Assembly (NCBI GenBank): GCA_963713185.1
Contig: CAVQKV010000004.1
Span: 163,810-227,809, forward strand
DNA: 64,000 bases
Source of the DNA: an uncultured Actinomycetes bacterium
GTDB taxonomy: Bacteria; Actinomycetota; UBA4738; HRBIN12
Direction: 5' to 3'
Position 1 is the first letter of the stretch; every line of letters begins with the position of its first letter. The notes under the pieces were generated by a model, which saw only the letters and a list, made by a program, of their open reading frames with translations, did no database searches and had not been told where the DNA came from. The position numbers and the translations under genes were made by a program. Positions 1-11,936 of the stretch are shown here, piece after piece.

Positions 1-52
1 CTCACCGATCGAGGCGATCGCGAACCTGAAGCGCGCACTGGCCGACGCGTGA
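1..52 (+). CDS. 3' end of an unidentified upstream gene (partial)
   Basis: The frame starting at nt 2 reads ...SPIEAIANLKRALADA and stops at TGA 50-52. The stop overlaps the next gene's GTG start (GTGA). Confidence 0.3.
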   Translation, partial: SPIEAIANLKRALADA

Positions 53-912
53 GCGAGACCCGGAGGGTGCCGTCGCCCGGGGACGGGGTCCCGGAGCAGA
101 TCGCGGGGTCGATCCGCGAGCGGACGGCGCTCGAGCCGGTCGTCGGCGTGGTCCTCGGATCCGGGTTGTCGGACGCGGTGGACGCGGTGCGCGCCGCCGC
201 GGACGGCGAGGCGGTCGAGATCTCGTACACGGACCTGCCGGGGTTCCCGCCGCCGACCGCCGTGGGGCACGCCGGACGGCTGTGGATCGGATCGGTGAGA
301 GGGCGCAGCCTGGCGATCTTCCAGGGTCGGATCCACTTCTACGAGGGACACGGCATGGCGATGGCCTCGATCACCTCGCGGGTGTCTGCGGAGCTCGGGG
401 CCCGCGCGATGCTGCTCACCGCCGCGGTCGGCGCGCTCGATCCGGACATCGACGCGGGAACGCTGGTGGTGCTTCGCGATCACCTCAACCTCATGGGGGT
501 GAACCCGCTGATCGGATGGCGGTTCCCCGACGGCTCGCCGGCCTTCGTCGACATCTCCCAGGTCTACGACCCGGAGCTCGCCGATCTCGCGCTCGCCGCG
601 GCGGGGGCGCAGCTCGAAGGCACCGATCGCACTGGCCGGGTCCGCGAGGGCGTCTACGTCGCGCTCCCCGGTCCCTCGTACGAGACGCCGGCCGAGACCG
701 CGATGCTCCGGCGGTTCGGGGCAACGGTGGTGGGGATGTCGATGGTCCCCGAGGCCGTTGCGGCTCGTGCGCTCGGGATGCGGGTGCTCGGGCTCGCCTT
801 CGCCACGAACGCGGCGGGTGTGGAGATCTCGCACGAAGAGGTCCTCGCCGCGTCGAAGGCCGCGGCCGGAACGATCGGTCGGGTGGTCGTGGAGCTCGTG
901 GACCGGTTCTGA
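49..912 (+). CDS. punA: Purine nucleoside phosphorylase (PNP/MTAP family)
   Basis: 287-aa ORF with family-typical blocks: VLGSGL, GFPPPTAVGHAGRL, GRIHFYEG, LPGPSYETPAE, VGMSMVPE. Confidence 0.9.
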   Translation: MSETRRVPSPGDGVPEQIAGSIRERTALEPVVGVVLGSGLSDAVDAVRAAADGEAVEISYTDLPGFPPPTAVGHAGRLWIGSVRGRSLAIFQGRIHFYEGHGMAMASITSRVSAELGARAMLLTAAVGALDPDIDAGTLVVLRDHLNLMGVNPLIGWRFPDGSPAFVDISQVYDPELADLALAAAGAQLEGTDRTGRVREGVYVALPGPSYETPAETAMLRRFGATVVGMSMVPEAVAARALGMRVLGLAFATNAAGVEISHEEVLAASKAAAGTIGRVVVELVDRF

Positions 913-929
913 CGGGCACCGTTTCGTGA

Positions 930-2231
<1,302 letters not shown>

Positions 2232-2259
2232 TCCCGGTGCGGGTGCGCGAGGGTCGCCG

Positions 2260-2904
2260 GTGAGCGAACCGATCTCGGTCCGCGCCCGGTTCGAGCGGTT
2301 CCCCGCGACCGTGAAGGGTGCCTTCATCTTCCGCGGGGAGGACGCGAACCCGCATCAGGTGATGGTCGTGGGTGCGCGCGTCGCCGCGCTCGGCGCGGGG
2401 GGATCGAACCCGGTCCCGCTCGCGCCGGTGACGCTCGACGTCGTTCCGCACCGGGACGTGTTCGTCCCGTTCGAGCTCCCGCTGTCCGAGCTCGAGCCGG
2501 GCTGGTACACGCTCGTGTGCGACGTGGAGGTGGACGGGTCACCGGCCGCCTACGACGGCGGGCGCCGCTTCTCCGTGCCGTGGCCGCGCGCGACGGTCCG
2601 CCGCGGGCAGGTGAAGGTCGGTCGCCAGGTGAAGCTCGCGGGCGCGACCGTGCACGTCGAGCAGGTGGACTGCTCGGGCGACTCGATCAAGCTCCACCTG
2701 CGCGTGGAGCCGGTCGGCGAGGTCGCGCTCAAGCTGTTCGCCGACCGACGACGCCTGCAGGTGCTCGACCTCGAGCTCGACGAGGAGACGGGGCGGGCCA
2801 TGGCGACCGCGTATCCACTCATGCGCACCGACGAGGCGCTGCGGGTGGAGCTCAAGGGGCGCGGTCGCGGCTCGGAGGGTTCCGTCGACATCCCGCTGCC
2901 CTAG
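2260..2904 (+). CDS. Hypothetical protein
   Basis: 214-aa ORF in the same direction and tightly spaced after ahcY. Composition looks protein-like, but no domain was recognised. Confidence 0.55.
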   Translation: MSEPISVRARFERFPATVKGAFIFRGEDANPHQVMVVGARVAALGAGGSNPVPLAPVTLDVVPHRDVFVPFELPLSELEPGWYTLVCDVEVDGSPAAYDGGRRFSVPWPRATVRRGQVKVGRQVKLAGATVHVEQVDCSGDSIKLHLRVEPVGEVALKLFADRRRLQVLDLELDEETGRAMATAYPLMRTDEALRVELKGRGRGSEGSVDIPLP

Positions 2905-2947
2905 CGTCGCTCGACCCGTTGTCGGCGCCGCGCGCTAGCGTCCGAGC

Positions 2948-3745
2948 GTGCTGGCCCCGTTGCTCGATGCCTTGTTCCCCAAGCGATGCGCGGGTTGCGG
3001 GTCGGGCCCGTGGCCGTTCTGCGCCACGTGCCGGTCGGAGCTCGTCGTCCTGTCGCCGCCGTGGTGCGAGCGGTGCTGCGCACCGTCTTCTCGTCCGACG
3101 GCTACCTGCCGCGACTGCCCACCCGACCCGATCGAGATCGCCCGGGCGCCGTTCGGGTTCGACGGGCCGGTCCGCCGGGCGGTCCATCGGCTGAAGTTCG
3201 GAGGGTGGCGAGCCGTCGCGGACGCGCTGGCGGAGGCGATGGTCGAGGCGTGGTCCGACGTCACCTGGGCGCCGAGCGCGGTCACGTGGGTCCCGCTCTC
3301 CAAGGACCGGCTCGCCGCCCGCGGGTACGACCAGGCGAAGGCGCTCGCCCGCGCGGTCGCGCCCAGGCTCGGTGCGCCGGCCTTCCCCCTCATCCGTCGC
3401 GTGGGCGATCCCGGGCCGCAGGCTCGCCGGGGGGCCGCCGCGCGTCGCGAGGCGATGCGGGGGATGTTCGAGGCCGTCGAGTCATCCGGCCGGGTGCTGC
3501 TCGTGGACGACGTGCTCACGACCGGCGCCACCGGCGGTGCGTGCGCATCGTCGCTGCTCGCTGCCGGGGCCGAGGCGGTGGGGCTCCTCACCGCTGCCCG
3601 TGCCGCGTCCTCGGCCCGGCGATCCCCGCCTATACTCGGCTACGGGCTCGCGTCCGGGTCTGTGGTTGCCCCGGGGAACGGATCCCCGGCAGTCGATGCC
3701 AGCCGCGGGCGAAGCGACCCACGTAAGCCGACCCTTGGTCGGTGA
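2948..3745 (+). CDS. comF: ComF family protein (phosphoribosyltransferase-like)
   Basis: N-terminal CxxC...CxxC zinc-finger region. PRTase motif VLLVDDVLTTGAT near residue 185. The conserved part ends near nt 3610. The last ~45 codons run into a structured region and may not be coding. Confidence 0.8.
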   Translation: MLAPLLDALFPKRCAGCGSGPWPFCATCRSELVVLSPPWCERCCAPSSRPTATCRDCPPDPIEIARAPFGFDGPVRRAVHRLKFGGWRAVADALAEAMVEAWSDVTWAPSAVTWVPLSKDRLAARGYDQAKALARAVAPRLGAPAFPLIRRVGDPGPQARRGAAARREAMRGMFEAVESSGRVLLVDDVLTTGATGGACASSLLAAGAEAVGLLTAARAASSARRSPPILGYGLASGSVVAPGNGSPAVDASRGRSDPRKPTLGR

Positions 3746-3940
3746 GCATGGCGCGGTTTAGATGTAAGTCCTGCCTCGGTGGGGGAGACCTCGCCGAGAG
3801 AGGGTGCGAAACCGTCCGATGGGCGGTGATCACCCCCGCAGGCGGATGTGGGGCCAAAGACCAGGTCAGCCGGACGCGGGCCTCCTCGCCCGTGGGTGGC
3901 GAGCGGCGAGACGGGCCCCGGGGAAGCGCGCGAAGGTGCG
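3640..3940 (+). ncRNA. Candidate structured RNA at the comF-hpf junction (position matches the raiA motif RNA)
   Basis: A -10-like TATACT lies at 3631-3636. Hairpins include CCGGGG-7nt-CCCCGG (about 3672-3690), ACCGTCC-GATG-GGCGGT nested inside GGGTG...CACCC (about 3802-3835), and CTCGG...CCGAG. From memory, the raiA motif typically lies between comFC and raiA/hpf. The boundaries given are approximate. Confidence 0.4.
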
Positions 3941-3979
3941 TGGGCCAAGGGAGTGGGCCAAGGGAGTGGGCCAAGGGAG
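3941..3979 (+). repeat. Perfect tandem repeat, 13 nt x 3 (TGGGCCAAGGGAG), each unit carrying an SD-like AAGGGAG
   Basis: Read directly: copies at 3941-3953, 3954-3966 and 3967-3979. The last copy ends 4 nt before the hpf ATG at 3984. Confidence 0.95.
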
Positions 3980-3983
3980 TGAG

Positions 3984-4364
3984 ATGGAGTTCGTCCTCAG
4001 GGGTCGCGGAGAGCGGGTGGCGCAGCGCCTGCGACAGGTCACCGAGCACAAGCTCGCCCGGCTCGAGCGCATCGAGCCGAGGCTGACGCGTCTCGAGGTC
4101 GAGGTCACCGTCGAGAAGAACCCGAGGCAGGGCGGGATCCACCGGGTCGATGTGCTCGCGGCCGCCCCCCGCAAGACGTACCGTGCCCACGCCGAGGCCA
4201 AGGAGGTGGGATCCGCGCTGGACCTCGTCGCCGAGCGCCTCGAGCGCCAGATCCGTGACCACCACGAACGTCGGCGGGATCGACGGATCGCGGGGGCGGG
4301 TCGCGTAAAATCCGCCCAGACGCCCGGCGAAAGCGGCGAGCGCGAGGCGAGGAGCGCGGAGTGA
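3984..4364 (+). CDS. hpf: Ribosome hibernation promoting factor, short form (S30AE/YfiA-like)
   Basis: MEFVLRGRGERV...LTRLEVEVTVEKNP...HRVDVL...AEAKEVGSALDLVAERLERQIR matches the S30AE domain. ATG 3984 is preceded by GGGAG. The longer ORF from 3804 adds only low-complexity R/G-rich sequence. Confidence 0.85.
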   Translation: MEFVLRGRGERVAQRLRQVTEHKLARLERIEPRLTRLEVEVTVEKNPRQGGIHRVDVLAAAPRKTYRAHAEAKEVGSALDLVAERLERQIRDHHERRRDRRIAGAGRVKSAQTPGESGEREARSAE

Positions 4365-5047
4365 CCGACGAGGCCGACACGAACTCGGAGAGGCTCCGGG
4401 TGCTGGTGTGCGACGATCATGCGCTGTTCCGCCGCGGGCTGAAGATGGTGCTCGACGATGAGCCCGATCTCGAGCTCGTCGGCGAGGCCTCGGACGGGGC
4501 CGAGGTCGTGGTCCGCGCGCAGGAGCTCATGCCCGACGTGATCTTGATGGACGTCCGGATGCCGAAGAAGTCGGGCATCGAGGCCGCCGGCGAGATCAAG
4601 GATTCGCTCCCGCACGTCAAGATCCTGATGCTCACGATCAGCGACGACGAGGCCGACCTGTACGAGGCCATCAAGGCGGGAGCCTCCGGGTACCTGCTGA
4701 AGGAGATCCGGATCGAGGAGGTCGCCGACGCGATCCGTTCGGTCTGGGCGGGACAGTCGAGGATCAGCCCCTCGATGGCGAGCAAGCTCCTGACCGAGTT
4801 CGCCGCGATGAGCAGGGCGTCCGACGAGAAGCCCCAGATGCCGGCGCCCAAGCTCACGGACCGCGAGATGGAGGTCCTGCGGCTCGTCGCCCAGGGCCTC
4901 AACAACCGTGACATCGCGGCCAAGCTGTTCATCTCCGAGAACACGGTGAAGAACCACATCCGCAACATCCTCGAGAAGCTGCACCTTCACTCGCGCATGG
5001 AGGCGGTGGTCTACGCGGTGCGGGAGAAGATGATCGAGATCAACTGA
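4361..5047 (+). CDS. Two-component response regulator, NarL/LuxR family; no histidine kinase nearby
   Basis: REC domain (VLVCDDH..., MDVRMP, KILMLT) plus a LuxR HTH ([43 protein letters not shown]). The GTG start overlaps the hpf stop (GTGA). Confidence 0.9.
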   Translation: MTDEADTNSERLRVLVCDDHALFRRGLKMVLDDEPDLELVGEASDGAEVVVRAQELMPDVILMDVRMPKKSGIEAAGEIKDSLPHVKILMLTISDDEADLYEAIKAGASGYLLKEIRIEEVADAIRSVWAGQSRISPSMASKLLTEFAAMSRASDEKPQMPAPKLTDREMEVLRLVAQGLNNRDIAAKLFISENTVKNHIRNILEKLHLHSRMEAVVYAVREKMIEIN

Positions 5048-5198
5048 GCGTCGGGCCGCCCACGGCTTCAGCGACCTGGTCGTCAGCCTGAGCTCGGCCC
5101 TCGTCGCACCGCGCAGAGGCCGGCTCGGCCGGAGCCTCGGTGACGTTCGGGACCTCCGGTACCATGGAGGCCCCAACCCTTCCCACGCGAGGCGCAGC

Positions 5199-7871
<2,673 letters not shown>

Positions 7872-7882
7872 GACCGGACATG

Positions 7883-7915
7883 GAAGGAGGCCGGCCCTGG
7901 GGGCCGGCCTCCTTC
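7883..7915. terminator. Bidirectional intrinsic-terminator-like hairpin between secA and the convergent small gene
   Basis: 14-bp perfect stem: GAAGGAGGCCGGCC (7883-7896) pairs with GGCCGGCCTCCTTC (7902-7915). The loop is 5 nt. Confidence 0.65.
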
Positions 7916-7937
7916 GCGCCTGGAGAGGGGGGTTACC

Positions 7938-8171
7938 TCACCGGCACTGTCCGCAGACGCTCCCGTTCACGACCATTTGCTCGTTCTGGACCGTGACCGG
8001 CCCGTAGTCCGAGACCGGACCCAGACCGGTGCCGCCGGCCGGGGTTGCGCGGCCGAGGGCGACGGCCATCGTCACGATCACGGCGGCCACCAGCACGATC
8101 GCCGTCACGGCCAGCCGCGCCTTCGCGAGGTACGTCCGCTCGATCGGGAGACTCATGCTGCGGGTGGCCAT
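7938..8171 (-). CDS. Small single-pass membrane protein (77 aa), Cys-containing C-terminus (SVCGQCR)
   Basis: ATG at 8171 is preceded by GGAGGAG. One hydrophobic helix (LAVTAIVLVAAVIVTMAVAL). No family recognised. Confidence 0.5.
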   Translation of the reverse strand: MATRSMSLPIERTYLAKARLAVTAIVLVAAVIVTMAVALGRATPAGGTGLGPVSDYGPVTVQNEQMVVNGSVCGQCR

Positions 8172-8215
8172 CGGCTCCTCCTGTCTGCCGTTCGGTGCTT
8201 CGGCGAACGCTAGAC

Positions 8216-8311
8216 CCGGGTGCCTCCGCGTTCGGTGGCACCCGGCACCGGGCGGTTGTGACGTGCGGCACATCGACGCGCGAACGCCCCGGCCGCCGGG
8301 GCCGGGGCGTT
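8216..8311 (-). other. Two strong GC hairpins in the intercistronic region between the two small membrane-protein genes
   Basis: Hairpin 8216-8245 has a 9-bp stem (CCGGGTGCC/GGCACCCGG) and a 12-nt loop. Hairpin 8283-8311 has a 12-bp stem (AACGCCCCGGCC/GGCCGGGGCGTT) and a 5-nt loop. Confidence 0.6.
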
Positions 8312-8326
8312 GGCGGTTCGATCCGG

Positions 8327-8710
8327 TCAGATCCGCTGGTTCCGTGCGCGCGCCTCGCCGATCGCGGTGAGTCCGCCGGAGAGCTCGCTCGGTGTGTTCC
8401 CGACCGTCCCGGCCTCGGACGATCCGGTCGCGTCCGCCGCCCGCCTCGGAACGTGAGGAGTGAGGCGAACGCCGCCGCCTGCCTCGGCCGTCGCACCGCG
8501 GAGCTCGCTCGGCGTGTTGGCCGCGGTGCCGCCGACTATCGTCTGCTCGACCCCGCCGACCACGGTGTTCGGGGTCGGCTGCGGTCGGTCTCGACCCAGC
8601 GAAACGGCAGCGACCGCGATCGTCAGCATGACGAGCGACGCGACGACCGCCGCCGGCCAGATGGACCGTCCGGGCCGTGTCCCTTGGAGCGTTCCGACCC
8701 TCGTACTCAT
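8327..8710 (-). CDS. Small single-pass membrane protein (127 aa) with an internal NTPSEL repeat
   Basis: ATG at 8710 is preceded by GAAGGAGGG. One TM helix (WPAAVVASLVMLTIAVAAV). The ectodomain contains AANTPSELRG and VGNTPSELSG. Confidence 0.5.
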   Translation of the reverse strand: MSTRVGTLQGTRPGRSIWPAAVVASLVMLTIAVAAVSLGRDRPQPTPNTVVGGVEQTIVGGTAANTPSELRGATAEAGGGVRLTPHVPRRAADATGSSEAGTVGNTPSELSGGLTAIGEARARNQRI

Positions 8711-8858
8711 GGCCCCCTCCTTCGTCTCGCCCTGTCCGTTCGGATGCCCCGAACCTAGGCCGATGCCCGCGCGAGGTCGGTGCTCTCGGGCACCAGCCCG
8801 AGGTGACCTCGCTCACCCCGGGCTCCGGCGGGCTAGGCTGCGGCGCGAGGAGGCGCCG

Positions 8859-10963
8859 GTGGGCGACGAACCGCGACGGCCAGACGAGATGCGACAGGAC
8901 GAGATGCGGCCGATCACGGCCCTGTTCGCCGACATCGTCGGCTCGACGGGCCTGGGCGAGCGCCTCGGTCCCGACGAGGTGAAGGCCCTGGTGGGTGAGT
9001 GCGTGACCCGGATGAGCCGCGCGGTCGAGGAGTTCGGGGGTGTGATCCAGGCGTTCATGGGCGACGGGATCTGCGCGTACTTCGGCGTCCCCGCGGCACA
9101 CGAGGACGATCCCGAGCGTGCGGCACGCGCGGCGCTGCGGATCATCGGCGTCGCCGCCGGCTACGCCGGCGAGGTCGAGGCGGCGTGGGGGATCGAGAGC
9201 TTCAACGTCCGGGTGGGGTTGAACAGCGGACCGGCGGCCGTCGGCCTCGTCGGCGGGGAGGATTCGCAGACCGTCGCGCTCGGGGACACCACGAACGTCG
9301 CCGCGCGGCTCCAGAGCGCGGCCGAACCAGGATCGATCGCCATCGGCCCGGGGACGGCCTCGCGCTTGGTCGAGCGGTTCGTGCTCGAACCGATGGGGGA
9401 GATCCCGGTGAAAGGCAGGACCGAACCGGTCGTCGTCGCCCGCCTCGTCGGCCCTCGCCCGGTCACCGAACCACCCTCTCGGACACCGCTGGTCGGTCGT
9501 GAGGCGGAGCTCGCGCGGCTGCAGACGGCGATCGCCGACCTGCGTTCGGGTCGCGGACAGGTGTTGCTCCTGGTCGGGGACGCGGGGCTCGGGAAGACGC
9601 GGATGTTGGCCGAGCTCCTCTCGCTCGCGGGCGATGACATCACCTGGCTCGAGGGGCGGTGCGTCTCCTACGGCGCAGGATCGCCCTACGGCCCGTTCGT
9701 TGAGCTGCTCCGCACGTGGCTCGGGGTCGAGGAAACGGACGCCGAGCTCGCGGTTCGGACGAAGCTCCGCGCACGCGCGGGCGCCCTGCTCGGGACGATG
9801 CAGGAGCAGGCGTTGCCGTACCTCGGGCTGTTGCTCTCGATCCGCCTCGAGCCCGACGTCGAGCGGGAGCTGCTCGCGTTCTCGGCCGACGAGCTCTCCG
9901 AATGGATGCAGGAGTCGTTCGTGCTATGGGCGGAGGCGCTCGCCTCGACACGACCGTTGGTCCTGGCCATCGACGACCTCCACTGGGCGGATCGGACGAC
10001 CCGCGACCTCGCGGAGCGGCTGCTCGCGCTCACCGACCGGTCGGCCGTGATGCTGGCCGTCGCACTTCGACCTGACCCGGGCTCGGAGGGGTGGGCGTTC
10101 CGACTGGCCGCGCAGACGCGGTTCGCGCACCGGGTCGAGGAGCTCCCGCTCCCGCCGCTCGCGCCGGAGGCCGCCCGCGCCCTGATCGACGAGCTGGTGC
10201 CCGCCGGCCTGGTCGGCGAGCCGGTCAAGGACGAGGTCGTCGCCAAGGCCGAGGGCAATCCCCTCTACCTCGAGGAGCTGCTCCGCGCCCTGCTCGAGTC
10301 CGGTGGCGACCGGCGCAGGACGTGGACCATCACGCCGAGGACCGCGGCGGAGCTCCCGCCCGCGCTCGAGGCGTTGCTGGTCGCGCGGATCGACCGGCTC
10401 GAACCCGGCGCACGCCGGCTGGCCCAGGTGGCGGCCGTCGTCGGTCGGGACTTCCCGGTCGCGGTCGCCGCGGCGGTGGCGGGGAGCGCCGATGCGGAGG
10501 GCGACATCGCCTCGCTCCTGCGTGCCGAGATCGTCCGCGAGGTCCGGCGCTTCCCCGAACTCGAGTGCACGTTCCGTCACGGCCTGCTGCAGGAGGCGGC
10601 CCTGTCCACGCTCACCCCGACCTCGCAACGCGAGCTCTACGGGCGTGTCGGCCACGCGATGGAGGCGCACCTGGGCGATCAGGCGGGCGAGCGCCTGGAG
10701 CAGCTGGCCTTCTACTTCTACCGGAGCGACGACACCGAGAAGGGCCTGTCCTACCTCGACCGAGCGGCCGAGCACGCGATGTCGGTCGAGGCGCTCGGAC
10801 GCGCCGAGCAACTGTGGACGCGCGCTCGCAAGCTGGCCGAGCGGGTGGGCGACGAGGATCGGACGCGAATCGGTTGGAGCAGCAGCTGTCGAGGCTGCGG
10901 AAGCGCTCGAGCGGTGAGTTGCCGCTCCCGCCGGCATCGGGACCGGCGACGGCCGGGTCCTAG
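8859..10963 (+). CDS. Class III adenylate/guanylate cyclase domain fused to a STAND/AAA ATPase and TPR-like repeats; 3' end unresolved
   Basis: GTG 8859 follows GAGGAGG. Cyclase block: ITALFADIVGSTGL...GDGICAYFG...RVGLNSG...GDTTNVAARL. P-loop: LLVGDAGLGKT. Also IDDLHWAD and EGNPLYLEEL. The conserved sequence ends near 10860. The reading frame has no stop until 12734, while alternative frames stop at 10917 or 10963. Confidence 0.7.
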
Positions 10964-11852
10964 GGAGGCGGAGGGGCCGAGGGCGAAGGAGGGGGAGGCG
11001 CCGGCATACGACGGTGACGGGTCCCGGCGTCCCCGCGGCGAACGAGATCAGGTGCGCGTAGGCCGTCGCGGTGGGCGGTCGCTTCGTTGGGTCCTTAGCC
11101 AGCGCCTGCAGGATGGCCCACGACAGACCCTCGGGCGCGTCCGCGCGGTCCGCGCAGGGGTCCGGCGGATCGACGTCCAGGTGCGCGCTCGCGAGGTCGA
11201 ACATCGACTTGTCGGCGAACGGGGCGCGGCCCGCCGTGCACTCGTAGGTCAGGCACCCGAGCGCGTAGATGTCGGAGGCGGCCGTCGCCTCGGCCCCCCG
11301 GAGCATCTCGGGTGCGAGGTAGTCGAGGGTCCCCATCACCATGCCCGGCTTGGTCAGCACCGTGTACGCGCGGCCCTTCGCGAGCCCGAAATCGGTCAGG
11401 TTGGCGGACCCCGTCTCGTCGATGATCACGTTCGACGGTTTGACGTCGCGATGCACGATGCCCCCGGCGTGGAGCGCGTCGAGCCCCGAGGCCACGTGGG
11501 CGACGACCCGGACCATGTCCTGGATCGGGAGCGTGCCGTCGCTCGCGAGGCGATCCTCCAGCGTCTGGCCCCGGACGAACGCGACCGCGAGGTACGGGCG
11601 GCCCTCCGCCTCGCCGGCATCCGTGATCGGGACGAGGTGCTTGTGCCGGACCTCGCCCGCCGCGCGAGCCTCGTGGACGAACCGCCGTCGGAACGTCTCG
11701 TCGGCCGAGAGCTCCGACCGCAGCACCTTCAGGGCGACCTCGTCGCCCTCGGGCTCCCGGATCGCGCGGAAGACGACACCCATCCCGCCTTCCCCGAGCC
11801 GCTCCTCGAGGCGATAGACGCCGAGACGCGTGCCTGGTTCGAGATCCGCCAC
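10960..11852 (-). CDS. Ser/Thr protein kinase (Hanks type); 3' end unresolved
   Basis: GEGGMGVVF, VALKVL, HRDVKPSNV, DFGLAK, GTLDYLAPE, LAKDPTKRP. The kinase domain spans about 11042-11852. The same frame stays open to 9924, running antisense through the cyclase gene. A Pro-rich alternative frame stops at the CCTAGG palindrome (10959-10964). Confidence 0.75.
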
Positions 11853-11936
11853 GCACGAAGGATAGTCCGCTTCAGGGTGCGCCTTGTCTGGGAGGCGCCT
11901 ATCCGGGCGGGCACCGGAGTGCTAGAACCAACCGCG

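Noticed and set aside
3804-3983. Longer 186-aa start for hpf
   Set aside because: The added 60 residues are R/G/W-rich low complexity and are encoded partly by the 13-nt tandem repeat. The S30AE domain begins exactly at the ATG at 3984, which has an RBS.
8283-8340. An extra copy of the 51.6-57.2 kb repeat family (GCCGGGGCCGGGGCGTTGGCGG...GATCCGCT)
   Set aside because: The similarity is largely explained by a self-complementary 12-bp-stem hairpin, and the 3' part overlaps the coding end of the 127-aa gene. It is too ambiguous by eye to count as a family member.
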